Below, in pieces: positions 16,982 to 27,222 of a DNA stretch of 64,000 nucleotides. The stretch comes from Kiritimatiellia bacterium (GTDB lineage Bacteria > Verrucomicrobiota > Kiritimatiellia > RFP12 > UBA1067): the NCBI GenBank assembly GCA_045636065.1, contig JAZTWW010000036.1, positions 5,404-69,403 on the forward strand. Direction: 5' to 3'. The notes below the pieces were generated by a model. It worked only from the letters and a program-made list of their open reading frames with translations, was not told where the DNA came from and made no database searches. The first letter of the stretch is position 1; each line of letters opens with the position of its first letter. Both the position numbers and the translations under genes were made by a program.

Positions 16982-18168
16982 CGCACCTCCCCTGTTTGAA
17001 AGACGTAGAACGTGGATACGTGCCCGGGAACGTTCGCAAGCACCGGCTTAAGGCCGGAGACTGGCATCGAGGCGGGCGCGAAGATGAACATGACCGTTAT
17101 CTTCTCCGCCGCTGCGCCGGAGGCCTTGATGAGCCCCGTAAGCTCGCTCCAGTCGGAGATGGCCGTCTCGCGCGGCTTGAGAACGGGATCGAGGCCCTCG
17201 CCGCTCCAGTCCTCTTCGATGTAGACGAACTTTCGCGTTCCATCGGGGGCGACATGCACCTCGAACGGCTGGAATATGCGCCCAGGACGGTCGCGCCATC
17301 CGTCCTCGGGAAGGAAGGCGCAGAAGAAGAACTCGCCTTTTGCGCGCCCGTTCATCTTGAGCGACGGGCCGTCGAGAAGGGAGAACGCCTTGGCCGCGAC
17401 GGCCGCCTCGGAAAGCGGAACGCCATCCTCGAAGGCAAGATCGACGTAGAGATCGCCCTTGGCTCCGGCGGGATCGCCGCGCAGGGATTCGATCACGGCC
17501 TTCAGATCGGCGTCTTTGCCTATCCTTACGGTCTTCCTCACGGCGCTTGACGCCCCGTCCCACGATATGCGCACCTCCATCTCTGTGCCACGCTCAAAAG
17601 TGGACTTCGGGGAGAAGCGCCCATATGTTACGCTCTGCTCGAGTACGCCGTCGAGCTGCATGAGGCTTGGCGCATGGTTGTAGAGCGCCCAGACGGCGCA
17701 CGGCATCTCTGAATCCGCAATGGGGGCCCCCGATCCGTCGCGCTTGCCGCCGGTCCACCTTGAATCGGCGACGAGGATCGCCCCGCCGCCCTCCTCCGGC
17801 GGCGCACCGTCGGCTATCCAGAACGAGGCCGGCTTGAACTCGCCGCCCTTCAGCCTGGCCTCCACCTTCACGCGCGGGCCTTCCGGCCACAGCACGGCCT
17901 TGAACGGATCGGGACTCATCCCCCGCGGAACGGACGCCTCGTCCATCGCCTTGGCGATGGCGGCCGGGGAATCGTCCGTCACGAGGAAGGTCTCGTAGTC
18001 GTGGTCGCTGAGCGGGCCGACGGCGAAGAACTCCAGGGTGTCGCCTGCCGCCACACCTGCCGTTTTCGCGGTGAACGTTACGGCGTGCGAGGACTTCTCG
18101 ACCGTAACGGAAGCCGTCAGCGACGCGGCGGCAAGGGCCGCGGAAAGGGCGGAAAGGGCCTTCTTCAT
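16978..18168 (-). CDS. secreted hypothetical protein
   Basis: N-terminal signal peptide (MKKALSALSAALAAASLTASV). No recognisable domains. Confidence 0.5.
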   Translation of the reverse strand: MKKALSALSAALAAASLTASVTVEKSSHAVTFTAKTAGVAAGDTLEFFAVGPLSDHDYETFLVTDDSPAAIAKAMDEASVPRGMSPDPFKAVLWPEGPRVKVEARLKGGEFKPASFWIADGAPPEEGGGAILVADSRWTGGKRDGSGAPIADSEMPCAVWALYNHAPSLMQLDGVLEQSVTYGRFSPKSTFERGTEMEVRISWDGASSAVRKTVRIGKDADLKAVIESLRGDPAGAKGDLYVDLAFEDGVPLSEAAVAAKAFSLLDGPSLKMNGRAKGEFFFCAFLPEDGWRDRPGRIFQPFEVHVAPDGTRKFVYIEEDWSGEGLDPVLKPRETAISDWSELTGLIKASGAAAEKITVMFIFAPASMPVSGLKPVLANVPGHVSTFYVFQTGEVR

Positions 18169-18186
18169 TGCGCCTCCACTAAGATG

Positions 18187-19401
18187 CTATTTGACGAACC
18201 TCTCCATCGTACGCTTGAAGCCTGCGCGCGAACGCTCGATGATGGCCTCGTCCACGCTGCAGGAGAGGCGCACGTGTCCGGGCATGCCGAAGCCGCGCCC
18301 CGGAACGACGAGGATAAGCTCCTCGGCGAGCGCATCGGTGAATGCGATATCGTCGCCGCCGGGGGCCTTGGGGAAGAAGTAGAACGCGCCCTTCGGCTCG
18401 GCGAACTCGATGCCGGCGTCCCTCAGCACATCGGACATCAGCTTCCTGCGGCGGTCGTAGATCTCAAGGTCGACTGTCTCGCTCAAAAGCGCGGCCGCGA
18501 GTCTCTGGCCGATCACGGGCGCGTTCACGAAGCCGAGCGTACGGTTGGTGAGCGTCAGCGCGGCCGCAAGCGTATCGACGCCGGGCATGGCGGAGTTGAG
18601 GGCCGTGTAGCCGATTCGCTCGCCGGCTAGCGAAAGCGTCTTCGAGAAGCTGCCCAGCACGACGCTCCACGGGGTGAGCGGAAGGACGGGCGCCACCTTC
18701 GCGCCGTCGTAGGCGAATGCGCGGTACGGCTCGTCGCTCAGGAGATAGACGGGGCGGGCGTCTTCGCCGAGATCCTTCTCGCGTGCGGCATTGACGTCCG
18801 TCACGAGCTTCGCGAGGCTCTTCATCTCATCCTCGCTGTAGATCGCGCCCGTCGGGTTGTTTGGCGAGTTGACCAGGATTGCGCGCGTTCTTGGAGTTAC
18901 GGCGGCGGCGATCCCCTCAAGATCGATGCCGAAATCGTCGCGCTTTGTGATGACGGGCTTGAGTACGCCGCCGAAGTGGCCGCAGTAGCTCGCGTACTCG
19001 ACGAAGTACGGCGCGGGGACGATGATCTCGTCGCCAGGCTCGACGGTGGCGCGGAAGAAGGAGACGAGCGCCCCGGCCGCGCCGACTGTCATCACGACGC
19101 ATCCGGCGGGGACGGCAACCCCCTGCTGCGCCGAGAGATAGCCTGCCATCGCCTCCCTTACGGCGGGGATGCCGGCGTTGGGGCAGTATCCGAGGCCAAG
19201 GGGTTTCACCGCATCGGCCGCGATCGCTTCAAGCGCGGCCCTCGCCTTGGCGGGCGGCGGCACATCCGGGTTGCCGAGAGAGAAATCGCAGACAGCGTCC
19301 GCGCCGTGCCGGCGCTTCAGTTCCATGCCCTTCTCGAACATGCGGCGTATCCAGCTGGATCCCGCCATCGACTTCATTATGTCGTCAGTAATCGTTTTCA
19401 T
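18187..19401 (-). CDS. pyridoxal-phosphate-dependent aminotransferase, class I/II
   Basis: Fold-type I aminotransferase pattern including the SFSKTLSLAGERIGY PLP-lysine region and NPTG. Confidence 0.85.
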   Translation of the reverse strand: MKTITDDIMKSMAGSSWIRRMFEKGMELKRRHGADAVCDFSLGNPDVPPPAKARAALEAIAADAVKPLGLGYCPNAGIPAVREAMAGYLSAQQGVAVPAGCVVMTVGAAGALVSFFRATVEPGDEIIVPAPYFVEYASYCGHFGGVLKPVITKRDDFGIDLEGIAAAVTPRTRAILVNSPNNPTGAIYSEDEMKSLAKLVTDVNAAREKDLGEDARPVYLLSDEPYRAFAYDGAKVAPVLPLTPWSVVLGSFSKTLSLAGERIGYTALNSAMPGVDTLAAALTLTNRTLGFVNAPVIGQRLAAALLSETVDLEIYDRRRKLMSDVLRDAGIEFAEPKGAFYFFPKAPGGDDIAFTDALAEELILVVPGRGFGMPGHVRLSCSVDEAIIERSRAGFKRTMERFVK

Positions 19402-19605
19402 GGTGCTATTTTACCACATTCCCCCCACCGGCGCAAGAGTTTTGGTTTCAAGGGCTATCGCCGCCTCCAATGCGCCGCGATCCACACCGGTCTGACCACC
19501 GGAAACGATCTTGACGTTCGCCACCCGTTTCGTAATGGGATTATCTGTTGTCATATGCCACTCCCCCCTGTTTCTGCAACTGTTGGACGTTTCTCATCTT
19601 TGCAT

Positions 19606-20036
19606 CTACTCCACAACTTCCCAATGCCCAAAACGTTTCCCCCCTACACGCTTTATTCGTTTATTATCTTGCAGAATATTCATGTAACGAACAAGCGTCC
19701 GTCTTGCTACACTCAGTCTTTCCGACAGTTGATCTATAGTAACGGATGGCTCCTTTTCAATAACGCTAACAATCCTTAGTGCCATAGTGCCATCTAAAGT
19801 GCCATCCACAGTGCCGCTTTCGAGCAACTTCTCTCTCAATCCGTTTCCTGCAAGTGCGACCTTTGCCTCAAACGCCGTAACGAGCCGGAATGAGAACTCC
19901 GCCTTGCCATTGCCGTTCGCTTCAAGTTCATCCTGCACCATGTTGATGCCGCGATTGTAGCAGTTGACTTAGTCCGTTCAACCCGGTACGTCTCCGTGGA
20001 CGCAAGCAGTTGTTCCAATTCACTCTGCGTTAACAT
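19606..20036 (-). pseudogene. decayed copy of the AlbA_2/HATPase_c_4 wHTH regulator (central ~450 codons deleted plus frameshift)
   Basis: The ORF at 19836-20036 (MLTQSELEQLLASTETYRVERTKS) matches the N-terminus of the intact gene at 25465-27222 (MKTLDELQILLAQGEGETVEFKETTG). The overlapping out-of-frame ORF at 19606-19941 matches its C-terminal GT-repeat linker plus wHTH. GGAGAGGAGG RBS and TATGGTATAAT promoter lie upstream. Confidence 0.6.
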
Positions 20037-20087
20037 AGCGTTTCCTCCTCTCCAAATTATACCATAACATCCGCCGCGCTGCCATCA

Positions 20088-20225
20088 AACCTCGTCAGTC
20101 AGTTTGCGCAGTTCTTCGCGGATGCGCTCGGCCTCTTCCTCGTCACCATGCATGACGGCAGGTTCAAGCAAAGCGTCAAGTCGCTTGATCGCCTCAATCG
20201 TATCGTCTCTCTGCGGCATCGCCAT
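20088..20225 (-). CDS. possible small acidic protein (45 aa)
   Basis: ATG...TGA ORF encoding MAMPQRDDTIEAIKRLDALLEPAVMHGDEEEAERIREELRKLTDEV, ending 49 nt upstream of the pseudogene start. Weak evidence. Confidence 0.25.
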
Positions 20226-20344
20226 AGTCTCTGCTACACAAAAAAAATCTATCCCTCTATCCTCCCAACCGTATCATCTCGACCGTATCACAAGGGTCTG
20301 TCCCTCGCAATTCATCTAATCCTTAACAATTCCACCGACTTTCT

Positions 20345-21079
20345 TTACAGAATAGACACATACCCCAAGCCATCGTTGGAGTCTGCGGCACCTAGAACCA
20401 GATGATCCAGAAAGCCAATTTCCAAGGAACGCGCGAGGCGTCTAAGCGTTTTCGTCAATGCCACGTCCTTCTTGCTGGGCGTCGGATCGCCGCTCGGATG
20501 ATTGTGTGCGACATAGATGTAACTCGCACTCCAGCGGACAGCATCCCGGAAGACCTCCCGCGCATAGACACGTGACGAATCAACCGACCCGCGGAACAGG
20601 CAGATTGGCTCGCAAATCGGATGCTTCCGCGCGTTCAGCGGTAGCACCCAGAAGCATTCCTGTTCTTCCTGCTCAAGTGCCGCGGTCCGGAACAGGCGAT
20701 AGGCCTCCCGTGCCGATGTCACCTTCATCAGACGAACCTCTTCCGGCTCCGGCCGTGCCGCCCGATACCCCAGCTCAAACGCCGCGGCAAGTTCCAAGCA
20801 CTTCACATGCCCAAGGCCCAGGATCGGTTTCTCCTTGTGCTCGGCATTGTACTTCTCGATCCGTGCCTCGATTGTCCGCCAATCCGAAGTGACAAGCCGC
20901 TGGATGGACCCAAATGCCGCGATCAGCCGACGGGACAGTTCCATTACATCACATCCAGCCGAACCCGTGCGCAGCAGAATTGCCAATATCGCCTCCGACG
21001 GGACCGAATGCGGACTGGCCGCACGCTCCATCTGCTCGCGCGGCTTCAGTTCCCCAGACTTCTTCTTGAAATTATTCAT
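20345..21079 (-). CDS. radC: RadC-family JAB/MPN domain protein
   Basis: JAMM motif HNHPSGDPTPSKKD and an N-terminal HhH-like segment (LGLGHVKCLELAAAF). Start overlaps the hsdR stop. Confidence 0.85.
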   Translation of the reverse strand: MNNFKKKSGELKPREQMERAASPHSVPSEAILAILLRTGSAGCDVMELSRRLIAAFGSIQRLVTSDWRTIEARIEKYNAEHKEKPILGLGHVKCLELAAAFELGYRAARPEPEEVRLMKVTSAREAYRLFRTAALEQEEQECFWVLPLNARKHPICEPICLFRGSVDSSRVYAREVFRDAVRWSASYIYVAHNHPSGDPTPSKKDVALTKTLRRLARSLEIGFLDHLVLGAADSNDGLGYVSIL

Positions 21080-24000
21080 TACGCTGCAGTATCCGGCAAT
21101 GCATAGAAATAGTTGTAAACTTCTTCAAGCAACTCGTCCTGCACCTTCGGCGAAGCCAACGCATCCGGCAAATCGGCATACAGGACATTCACAATCTCCG
21201 TCCGCACATCCGCACAAGTCGATGCCTTATCCCGCCAGTTCTCGACCGTAGACACCAAGGCCCGAAGCCGCGCAAGCAGCTCTTTAGCCACGCCCTTGAC
21301 CCTCTTCAAATCTGCCTGGGACAATTTCTCCTTCGACCTCAGGATGTCAAAGACCGCCAGCTGCTGGTTATCGTCCAGCTCCTCGCGGATATACCGCGCC
21401 TGTTCCTCGGTCACATCCTTCATGAGCTTTAGCAACTCCTGCAGGGCCTTTTCAATCGCCGCCTTGTCGTGTGCCTTATTGTACTCCTCGATAATCTCCT
21501 GCAAGGCCTGATAGTAGTTCTGGCAATGGGGGTTCTGCACGACCATGGACGAAATGACGTCCTCCGCCTTCTCGGACAGCTGCTTCAGAAGGAGCTTCTT
21601 GTACTTGTAACCCTCAATTGACTTCGCCATCCGCGAGAAGTCCAGCTTGCTCAGATCAAGCGCCACCTCATCGCACTTCTCGGCAACTGACGGCAAGGCG
21701 TTCTTCACATGGTCGCCGATGGTCTGCTGCAACTCCGCGAACAACGCCGTCAGGTCGGTCTTCTCCGCCTCACGGTGGTGCTCAATGTGCGAACGAATCT
21801 CACGAATGGCGTCCCGCTTGGCGCGGATCGTATCGCTGAGCTCGTCCGAATCAATGAACTTGGCGATGTCGTCCATCTTATTCGCCACGGCAATGAACGC
21901 CCGCGCGACATTATCCGGCGACGCCACCGCGTCTGCCGCGGTCTTCAGCATCTGCGGACGCGCCATCACATCCGCATCCAGCAACGCTTTGAGCCGGAAG
22001 CCATTGTCGGACAGCAATTTCACGTCCGCCGCAATCGCCTCTTCGTAATGCTTCAAGAGTTCTTCGATCGGCGGTAGCGGATTCTTCGGCTCTCCACCCT
22101 CGCCACCGATAACGCCGGTGAAGTCGGCGAGCGCACGGCCCAACGCATCGATGAGCCCGATGTAATCGACAATCACGCCATTGCGCTTGCCCTCGAACAC
22201 CCGATTCGCCCGCGCAATTGCCTGCATGAGCGTGTGCGCCTTGAGCGGCTTGTCGAGATAGAGCGTTCCCAGACACGGCACATCAAAGCCCGTCAGCCAC
22301 ATCGCGCACACAAAGGCGACGCGGAACGGATTCTGCGCCTTCTTGAAGTCCTTCTCCAGCTCCTTGCCCGCGATGTCCCGCTTGTAGGGCTTGATGTCGA
22401 TGCCGAATTTCTTGAAATACTCGACATCCCCCTGCTCCTGACTGATGACGAGCTCCATCCGCGTCTCTTTCATCCACGCGACACGCTCCTCCAGCTCTTG
22501 CTGGCGTTCGGCCGTCCGCCGCGCCTTCTTAACGGGATCCTTCGCCGACTCGTCCAGTTCCTCGGTGTACTTCTCCCACTCCGCGATAACGGCCTTCCAC
22601 GTGCGATACGCCGCGACCTTGTTGACGCTCACGAACATGGCCTTGCCGCTCCGCCACCGCGCAGAGTAGTCCCGCACGAAGTCCTTCGCCTTGATCGCGA
22701 TGGTCTCCGGCGCCATGTAAATCATGATCTTGGACTTGATGGCGTCATCCACCCGCTTGCGGTCCTGCGGATCGAGGTCCTCCTGCTCCACCGCCTCGAT
22801 GAGCTCCTGGTTGATGGACGGCGAATCGATGCCAAGCTTGTTGACCCGCGTCTTGTAGAAGAGCGGCACGGTTGCATGGTCCTCGACCGCGCGGTTGAAG
22901 TCGTAGACGGACACATACTGCCCGAACTGCTTCTCCGTCAAGTCACCGCGCTGAAGCGGCGTTCCCGTGAACCCGATGCGCGAGGCATCCGGCAGGAACC
23001 TGAGCATGTTGTCCGCGAAGATGCCGTTGTTGGTGCGGTGCGCCTCATCGGAGAAGATGACGATCTCATGGTCAGGATGAATCGGCGTCCATGTCGAGGA
23101 ATTGAACTTGTGGATCAGCGTGAACAGGAAACGGTCGTTCCCCTCCAGCCGTTTCCGCAGCCGCTCGCCGGACGACGGCATGCACGATTTCGGAAGCGCA
23201 TCGCCGAGGCATCCGCAGCTCGCGAACGTCCCGGCAATCTGCTCGTTCAGCTCGTCGCGGTCCGTCACGATCAAGAAGGACGGCGAACCGCCCGACTTGC
23301 GCAGGATCTTTCGCGCAAGGAACACCATCGAATAGCTCTTGCCCGACCCCTGCGTGTGCCAGAAGACGCCGATCTTCCCGTTCTTCTCCTGCCGCTTCAG
23401 ATAACTCCGATAGGCATTATTCACCCCGAGATACTGGTGGTTGCGGGCGAACACCTTGAACATGTTCCCGTCGTTCGAATCGAAGAGGATGAAGTTCTCC
23501 ACCAGATCGAGGAAGTTCGCCCGCGGGCACACCCCTTCGATAAGCTTCTTCAGCGACACGACCGCCTTGTCATCCTCGGCATGGCGCTTCCACTCCCCGA
23601 AGAACTCCCAGTCACTCCCGAGCGCCCCGATGTGCGTCTCGTTGCCGTTTGAGAAGACCAGCATCGCGTTGAAGCGGAACAGCTCGGGAATCGCGGCAAG
23701 ATAGTCCTTGTAGTTCTTGTCGTATCCTTCCTTGTCCTTGTGGGACGGCTTCTTGAACTCCATGAAGAGAAGCGGCAGTCCGTTCACGAAACCGATCAGG
23801 TCGGGACGCTTCACGAATCCCGGCGCGGTCACCCACAGCTCGCGTACGCACAGGAACTCGTTGTTCGGTCCCGTCGGATCGTCGAAGTCGATCAGCTTCG
23901 CCCGCCGCTCCGCCTCGCCGTCCTCTCCGAATTCCTCATCCGTCACCTTCACGCCGTCCCGGACGAACTCATACGCCTCGGAGTTGAGCTGCATCAGCGA

Positions 24001-24258
24001 CTTTCCGTGCTCGACGGTCTTCAGTTTTTCAATCGCCTCTTCAACCTGCGCATCCGTTATCCAGTCTCCGTTGATCCGCTTGAGTGCCGCCCGCACCGAC
24101 CGCCACAGCACCGTCTCCGACTTGTCCGCCCGCCCGAGCATCCCGTTCGGTCCAAACGTCTCGGCATCATACGCCAACACGCTCGTCCACCCGACGGCCT
24201 CCATCATTTTCGCCGCGGGTTCCTGCACGATGTTTTGTTCGGAATAGGTCCAGCTCAT
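21079..24258 (-). CDS. hsdR: type I restriction enzyme, R (endonuclease/translocase) subunit
   Basis: 1,059 aa with the N-terminal nuclease region, SF2 helicase motifs (GSGKSYSMV Walker A, DEAH box [11 protein letters not shown]) and a C-terminal helical domain. Confidence 0.92.
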   Translation of the reverse strand: MSWTYSEQNIVQEPAAKMMEAVGWTSVLAYDAETFGPNGMLGRADKSETVLWRSVRAALKRINGDWITDAQVEEAIEKLKTVEHGKSLMQLNSEAYEFVRDGVKVTDEEFGEDGEAERRAKLIDFDDPTGPNNEFLCVRELWVTAPGFVKRPDLIGFVNGLPLLFMEFKKPSHKDKEGYDKNYKDYLAAIPELFRFNAMLVFSNGNETHIGALGSDWEFFGEWKRHAEDDKAVVSLKKLIEGVCPRANFLDLVENFILFDSNDGNMFKVFARNHQYLGVNNAYRSYLKRQEKNGKIGVFWHTQGSGKSYSMVFLARKILRKSGGSPSFLIVTDRDELNEQIAGTFASCGCLGDALPKSCMPSSGERLRKRLEGNDRFLFTLIHKFNSSTWTPIHPDHEIVIFSDEAHRTNNGIFADNMLRFLPDASRIGFTGTPLQRGDLTEKQFGQYVSVYDFNRAVEDHATVPLFYKTRVNKLGIDSPSINQELIEAVEQEDLDPQDRKRVDDAIKSKIMIYMAPETIAIKAKDFVRDYSARWRSGKAMFVSVNKVAAYRTWKAVIAEWEKYTEELDESAKDPVKKARRTAERQQELEERVAWMKETRMELVISQEQGDVEYFKKFGIDIKPYKRDIAGKELEKDFKKAQNPFRVAFVCAMWLTGFDVPCLGTLYLDKPLKAHTLMQAIARANRVFEGKRNGVIVDYIGLIDALGRALADFTGVIGGEGGEPKNPLPPIEELLKHYEEAIAADVKLLSDNGFRLKALLDADVMARPQMLKTAADAVASPDNVARAFIAVANKMDDIAKFIDSDELSDTIRAKRDAIREIRSHIEHHREAEKTDLTALFAELQQTIGDHVKNALPSVAEKCDEVALDLSKLDFSRMAKSIEGYKYKKLLLKQLSEKAEDVISSMVVQNPHCQNYYQALQEIIEEYNKAHDKAAIEKALQELLKLMKDVTEEQARYIREELDDNQQLAVFDILRSKEKLSQADLKRVKGVAKELLARLRALVSTVENWRDKASTCADVRTEIVNVLYADLPDALASPKVQDELLEEVYNYFYALPDTAA

Positions 24259-24262
24259 GTGC

Positions 24263-25468
24263 TCACACCTCGATTTCCCCGCTCATCAACTTCGGCAACA
24301 GCCGATCCCGCGCCTCGGTGAGCGTACGGATTTGGCTGCGCATCGTTTGAATCTGTAAAGTCATATTACCAAGAACAGTAAATAACTTACTATCAAAATC
24401 ACCCAATTGAATTTCGGAGTCAAGGAATTCGTCAAAGGCAAAATTATTGATGCCGTTTGCACCCGCGTTTTTAAACACCTTCATTTTCCCTGACGACTGC
24501 AAATACTTGATATGCCATGCCAAAACAATTGACATTTGATTGTCTATCGGGCGCATGAACTTACAAAAGCTTGCGCATATCACAACATCATCAAACCAAG
24601 ATAACATATCATCCGAGACAAGCAAACTTCTTCCAATGTTATCGATATTACCATTTGACAACTCAATGATTATATCCCCACTAATTAATCGTTTGGTCTC
24701 TATATCATGCTTAGAATGAACTCTCAAAGGAATAGAGCTCTTGTTACCATACGATAAATCGTCAATATCAGTTCCTCGAATAACGTAACCACATTCGGTA
24801 AACTTGCCAATACTATTTTCTTTACCCCATCCCCCATTGGCATAATGGCGCAAAATCTCCCAAATCCTCTTCTTCTCCCCCTTGCCATCCTTGAACCATT
24901 CGCGATAGAGGCGCATGGCGGCCTCTTCCAGAAGCGCGATCTGCTTGCGGCAATTCGCAATCGCCGAATCGTAGTCGGAGAGTATCGCGACAATTTGCGA
25001 CCTTACATTCTTCTCCGGCACAGGGATCTCTAAATTCCGCAATTGATCAAGTGATATGTATTGCTGACTTGACCCTCGAAAATTACCGCGCAGAGCACCC
25101 TGTCCCATTGGGCTCGTCAAATAATAATAAAGCCATTTCGCTTTTTCCTCATCCCCGGACATTTTAAACAATGCAATATTCTTAATGGCATAATCGGGAT
25201 CATCCTTAACAATGGCACATTCCCCAACCGTGCCAATCATCGTCATCAGAATATCCCAGCGATCAACTTTGCTTCTCTCGTTGATCTTCCTATAATCTTT
25301 TTCTGAAATCAAATAAGCATCTTCAACCCGAACAACACCCTGCTTCACAACCTTTGATGTCACTAGCGGCTTTCCTCCACCCTCTACAGATTTGGGGCTA
25401 TCGTGCGTTCCATCGCGAACAGAAGCACAAAATTCAGCCGCCTTTTGCAAAACCCACTTGCTCATCAC
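24263..25468 (-). CDS. hsdS: type I R-M specificity subunit
   Basis: Two target-recognition domains separated by a conserved central repeat. Very AT-rich DNA relative to its surroundings. Sits between the regulator and hsdR with 4-nt spacing or overlaps. Confidence 0.85.
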   Translation of the reverse strand: MMSKWVLQKAAEFCASVRDGTHDSPKSVEGGGKPLVTSKVVKQGVVRVEDAYLISEKDYRKINERSKVDRWDILMTMIGTVGECAIVKDDPDYAIKNIALFKMSGDEEKAKWLYYYLTSPMGQGALRGNFRGSSQQYISLDQLRNLEIPVPEKNVRSQIVAILSDYDSAIANCRKQIALLEEAAMRLYREWFKDGKGEKKRIWEILRHYANGGWGKENSIGKFTECGYVIRGTDIDDLSYGNKSSIPLRVHSKHDIETKRLISGDIIIELSNGNIDNIGRSLLVSDDMLSWFDDVVICASFCKFMRPIDNQMSIVLAWHIKYLQSSGKMKVFKNAGANGINNFAFDEFLDSEIQLGDFDSKLFTVLGNMTLQIQTMRSQIRTLTEARDRLLPKLMSGEIEV

Positions 25469-27222
25469 CGCGCCTCCCCGACGAGATGGTAGCCACCAGT
25501 CTTCTTGCTGCCGCGGTGCTCGACCTTTCCGGCCGCGATCAATGCGGCAAGGGCTCGCTCAACAGTGGCCTTGCTCTTGCCAACGCGCAAGACAATCTCC
25601 GGCTTGTTAATTCCCGGTCGCGATTTTATCGCCTCATTTATCGCCTCATTTATCGCCTCAGGGGATTTTATCGCCTCACCCTTTTGGCCAGTTTTTCGAT
25701 AAGGCATCTGCTTGTCGTTACGCGACTGTATGATCTTGGCCTCTCGCAAGGTCGACAAAGCATTGTTGATGGTACGCAAGGCCATCCCCGTCCTCGCGCA
25801 AATCTGCGGAATTGTCACGCTTTTATCGGCAATAAGCTCGTGAAGCACGGTCTCAACATTCGCACGTGCATCCTTGCGAAGCTTTGGAAGACGAGCGAGC
25901 AGTTCCCCGATGTTATCCGCAGCTGTAGTGCCAATTATCGTCCAACCTGTGCCAGATAATCCGTGACCAGTGCCAGTTCTGTCCGAAGCAGTGCCAGTTC
26001 TTGCGGCAACAATGCCATTTCTTTGATCGGGCGTATTGACGCCTGTCCAATCTGGGCGCTTGAAAATGGTGGTGACACAACCGTATTCTTCTTTGACCTT
26101 TGGTACGGGCAACCCCACCCTGACACATTCATTGGCAATCCGAGTAAGCCCGCGTCCCCATGTCTCGATGGATTTGCGCAGATACAGGACGCGCGCGATT
26201 TTCTCATTCCGCGGTTCCGAATGTTGGATTGGCGGTGAATACAATCTGGCGAGGTTGAAATCTGACGGGAACTTCCCGGGGTTCTTGATTTCAACCCGGT
26301 CATCGTAGATGGCGAGGTAAATCGTTTGGCTGCGGTTTTCGTAGCTGCGATGGGCAAAGGCGTTCACCAACGCTTCGCGGAGTGCGTCCGCAGGAATCTC
26401 CAGCTCTTCGTCTCGTTCGATCTTGCCGCTCGTCCATGCCGCCAGATTCAAATGCTTGAAGCAGAAAGCCATCGCAGCGTCTATCATCTTGAAGACATTG
26501 CCCTGCACATGGGAATTGTCGAGGAACACCCGCTGATCAGTTCCCTTGAACCATCCCATCTTAATTTCGAGTTGCGGATAATCGATGCGATCCGCCTTCC
26601 CGAAAAGCACGGCGGCACCATTCAACAGAGTTCCATTCTTCCTCAGCTTGAAATGGTCGAGCAACGAGGCGGCGTTTTCGGTATCGACACTTTCATCAAG
26701 CCGCCCGACCCGCACCGCCTTTCGCGCCGTATCTCGAATGACATCCAAATCAAGATCGTCGAGCGACAGTTCCGGATTCGGCTGATCTTCCCATTCGCTC
26801 CTGAATCCACCCCTCGCAAGGAGCATCCGCTCGTACTCCTCCTGGCTCATTACAGTCGTTGAGGACTGCACACGCTTGTGCGGCTTTCCATCGTAGATAT
26901 AGGGCTTGCGGTTCCCGCCATCGACATGACACACGATGGCCGTATGCGTGTCGTCAATAGGAACATACGAAACCTCAATATCCGCCGCAGGCTCGAACTT
27001 CTGAAATGCCTCGAAAAGATCGCGCTTTGTCGTATCGGCAATCAGCTGTCCTGTCAGTCGGCCCTTGCGTGTCACGCCGAAAACAACCGTGCCTCCATCC
27101 TTGTTTAGAAACGCGCACAAAGTCTCGCAGGCGTCAACGCGCTGTCCGGTCGTTTCCTTGAATTCGACCGTCTCGCCTTCGCCCTGGGCAAGCAGAATTT
27201 GCAGTTCATCTAATGTCTTCAC
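25465..27222 (-). CDS. AlbA_2 (Schlafen-like) + HATPase_c_4 + C-terminal wHTH putative transcriptional regulator
   Basis: N-terminal ...LQILLAQGEGETVEFKETTGQ... signature of the AAA-4/AlbA_2 family. C-terminus has a GT-rich linker, an AINEAINEAIK repeat and two wHTH-like segments. Overlaps hsdM (ATGA) and hsdS (ATGA). Confidence 0.8.
   Translation of the reverse strand: MKTLDELQILLAQGEGETVEFKETTGQRVDACETLCAFLNKDGGTVVFGVTRKGRLTGQLIADTTKRDLFEAFQKFEPAADIEVSYVPIDDTHTAIVCHVDGGNRKPYIYDGKPHKRVQSSTTVMSQEEYERMLLARGGFRSEWEDQPNPELSLDDLDLDVIRDTARKAVRVGRLDESVDTENAASLLDHFKLRKNGTLLNGAAVLFGKADRIDYPQLEIKMGWFKGTDQRVFLDNSHVQGNVFKMIDAAMAFCFKHLNLAAWTSGKIERDEELEIPADALREALVNAFAHRSYENRSQTIYLAIYDDRVEIKNPGKFPSDFNLARLYSPPIQHSEPRNEKIARVLYLRKSIETWGRGLTRIANECVRVGLPVPKVKEEYGCVTTIFKRPDWTGVNTPDQRNGIVAARTGTASDRTGTGHGLSGTGWTIIGTTAADNIGELLARLPKLRKDARANVETVLHELIADKSVTIPQICARTGMALRTINNALSTLREAKIIQSRNDKQMPYRKTGQKGEAIKSPEAINEAINEAIKSRPGINKPEIVLRVGKSKATVERALAALIAAGKVEHRGSKKTGGYHLVGEAR

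Noticed and set aside
25600-25690. Possible CRISPR array suggested by repeated tttatcgcctca units and by the intergenic repeat copies
   Set aside because: Repeats are contiguous 12-mers or 9-mers without spacers of regular length. No cas genes are present. One set lies in-frame within a protein-coding gene.
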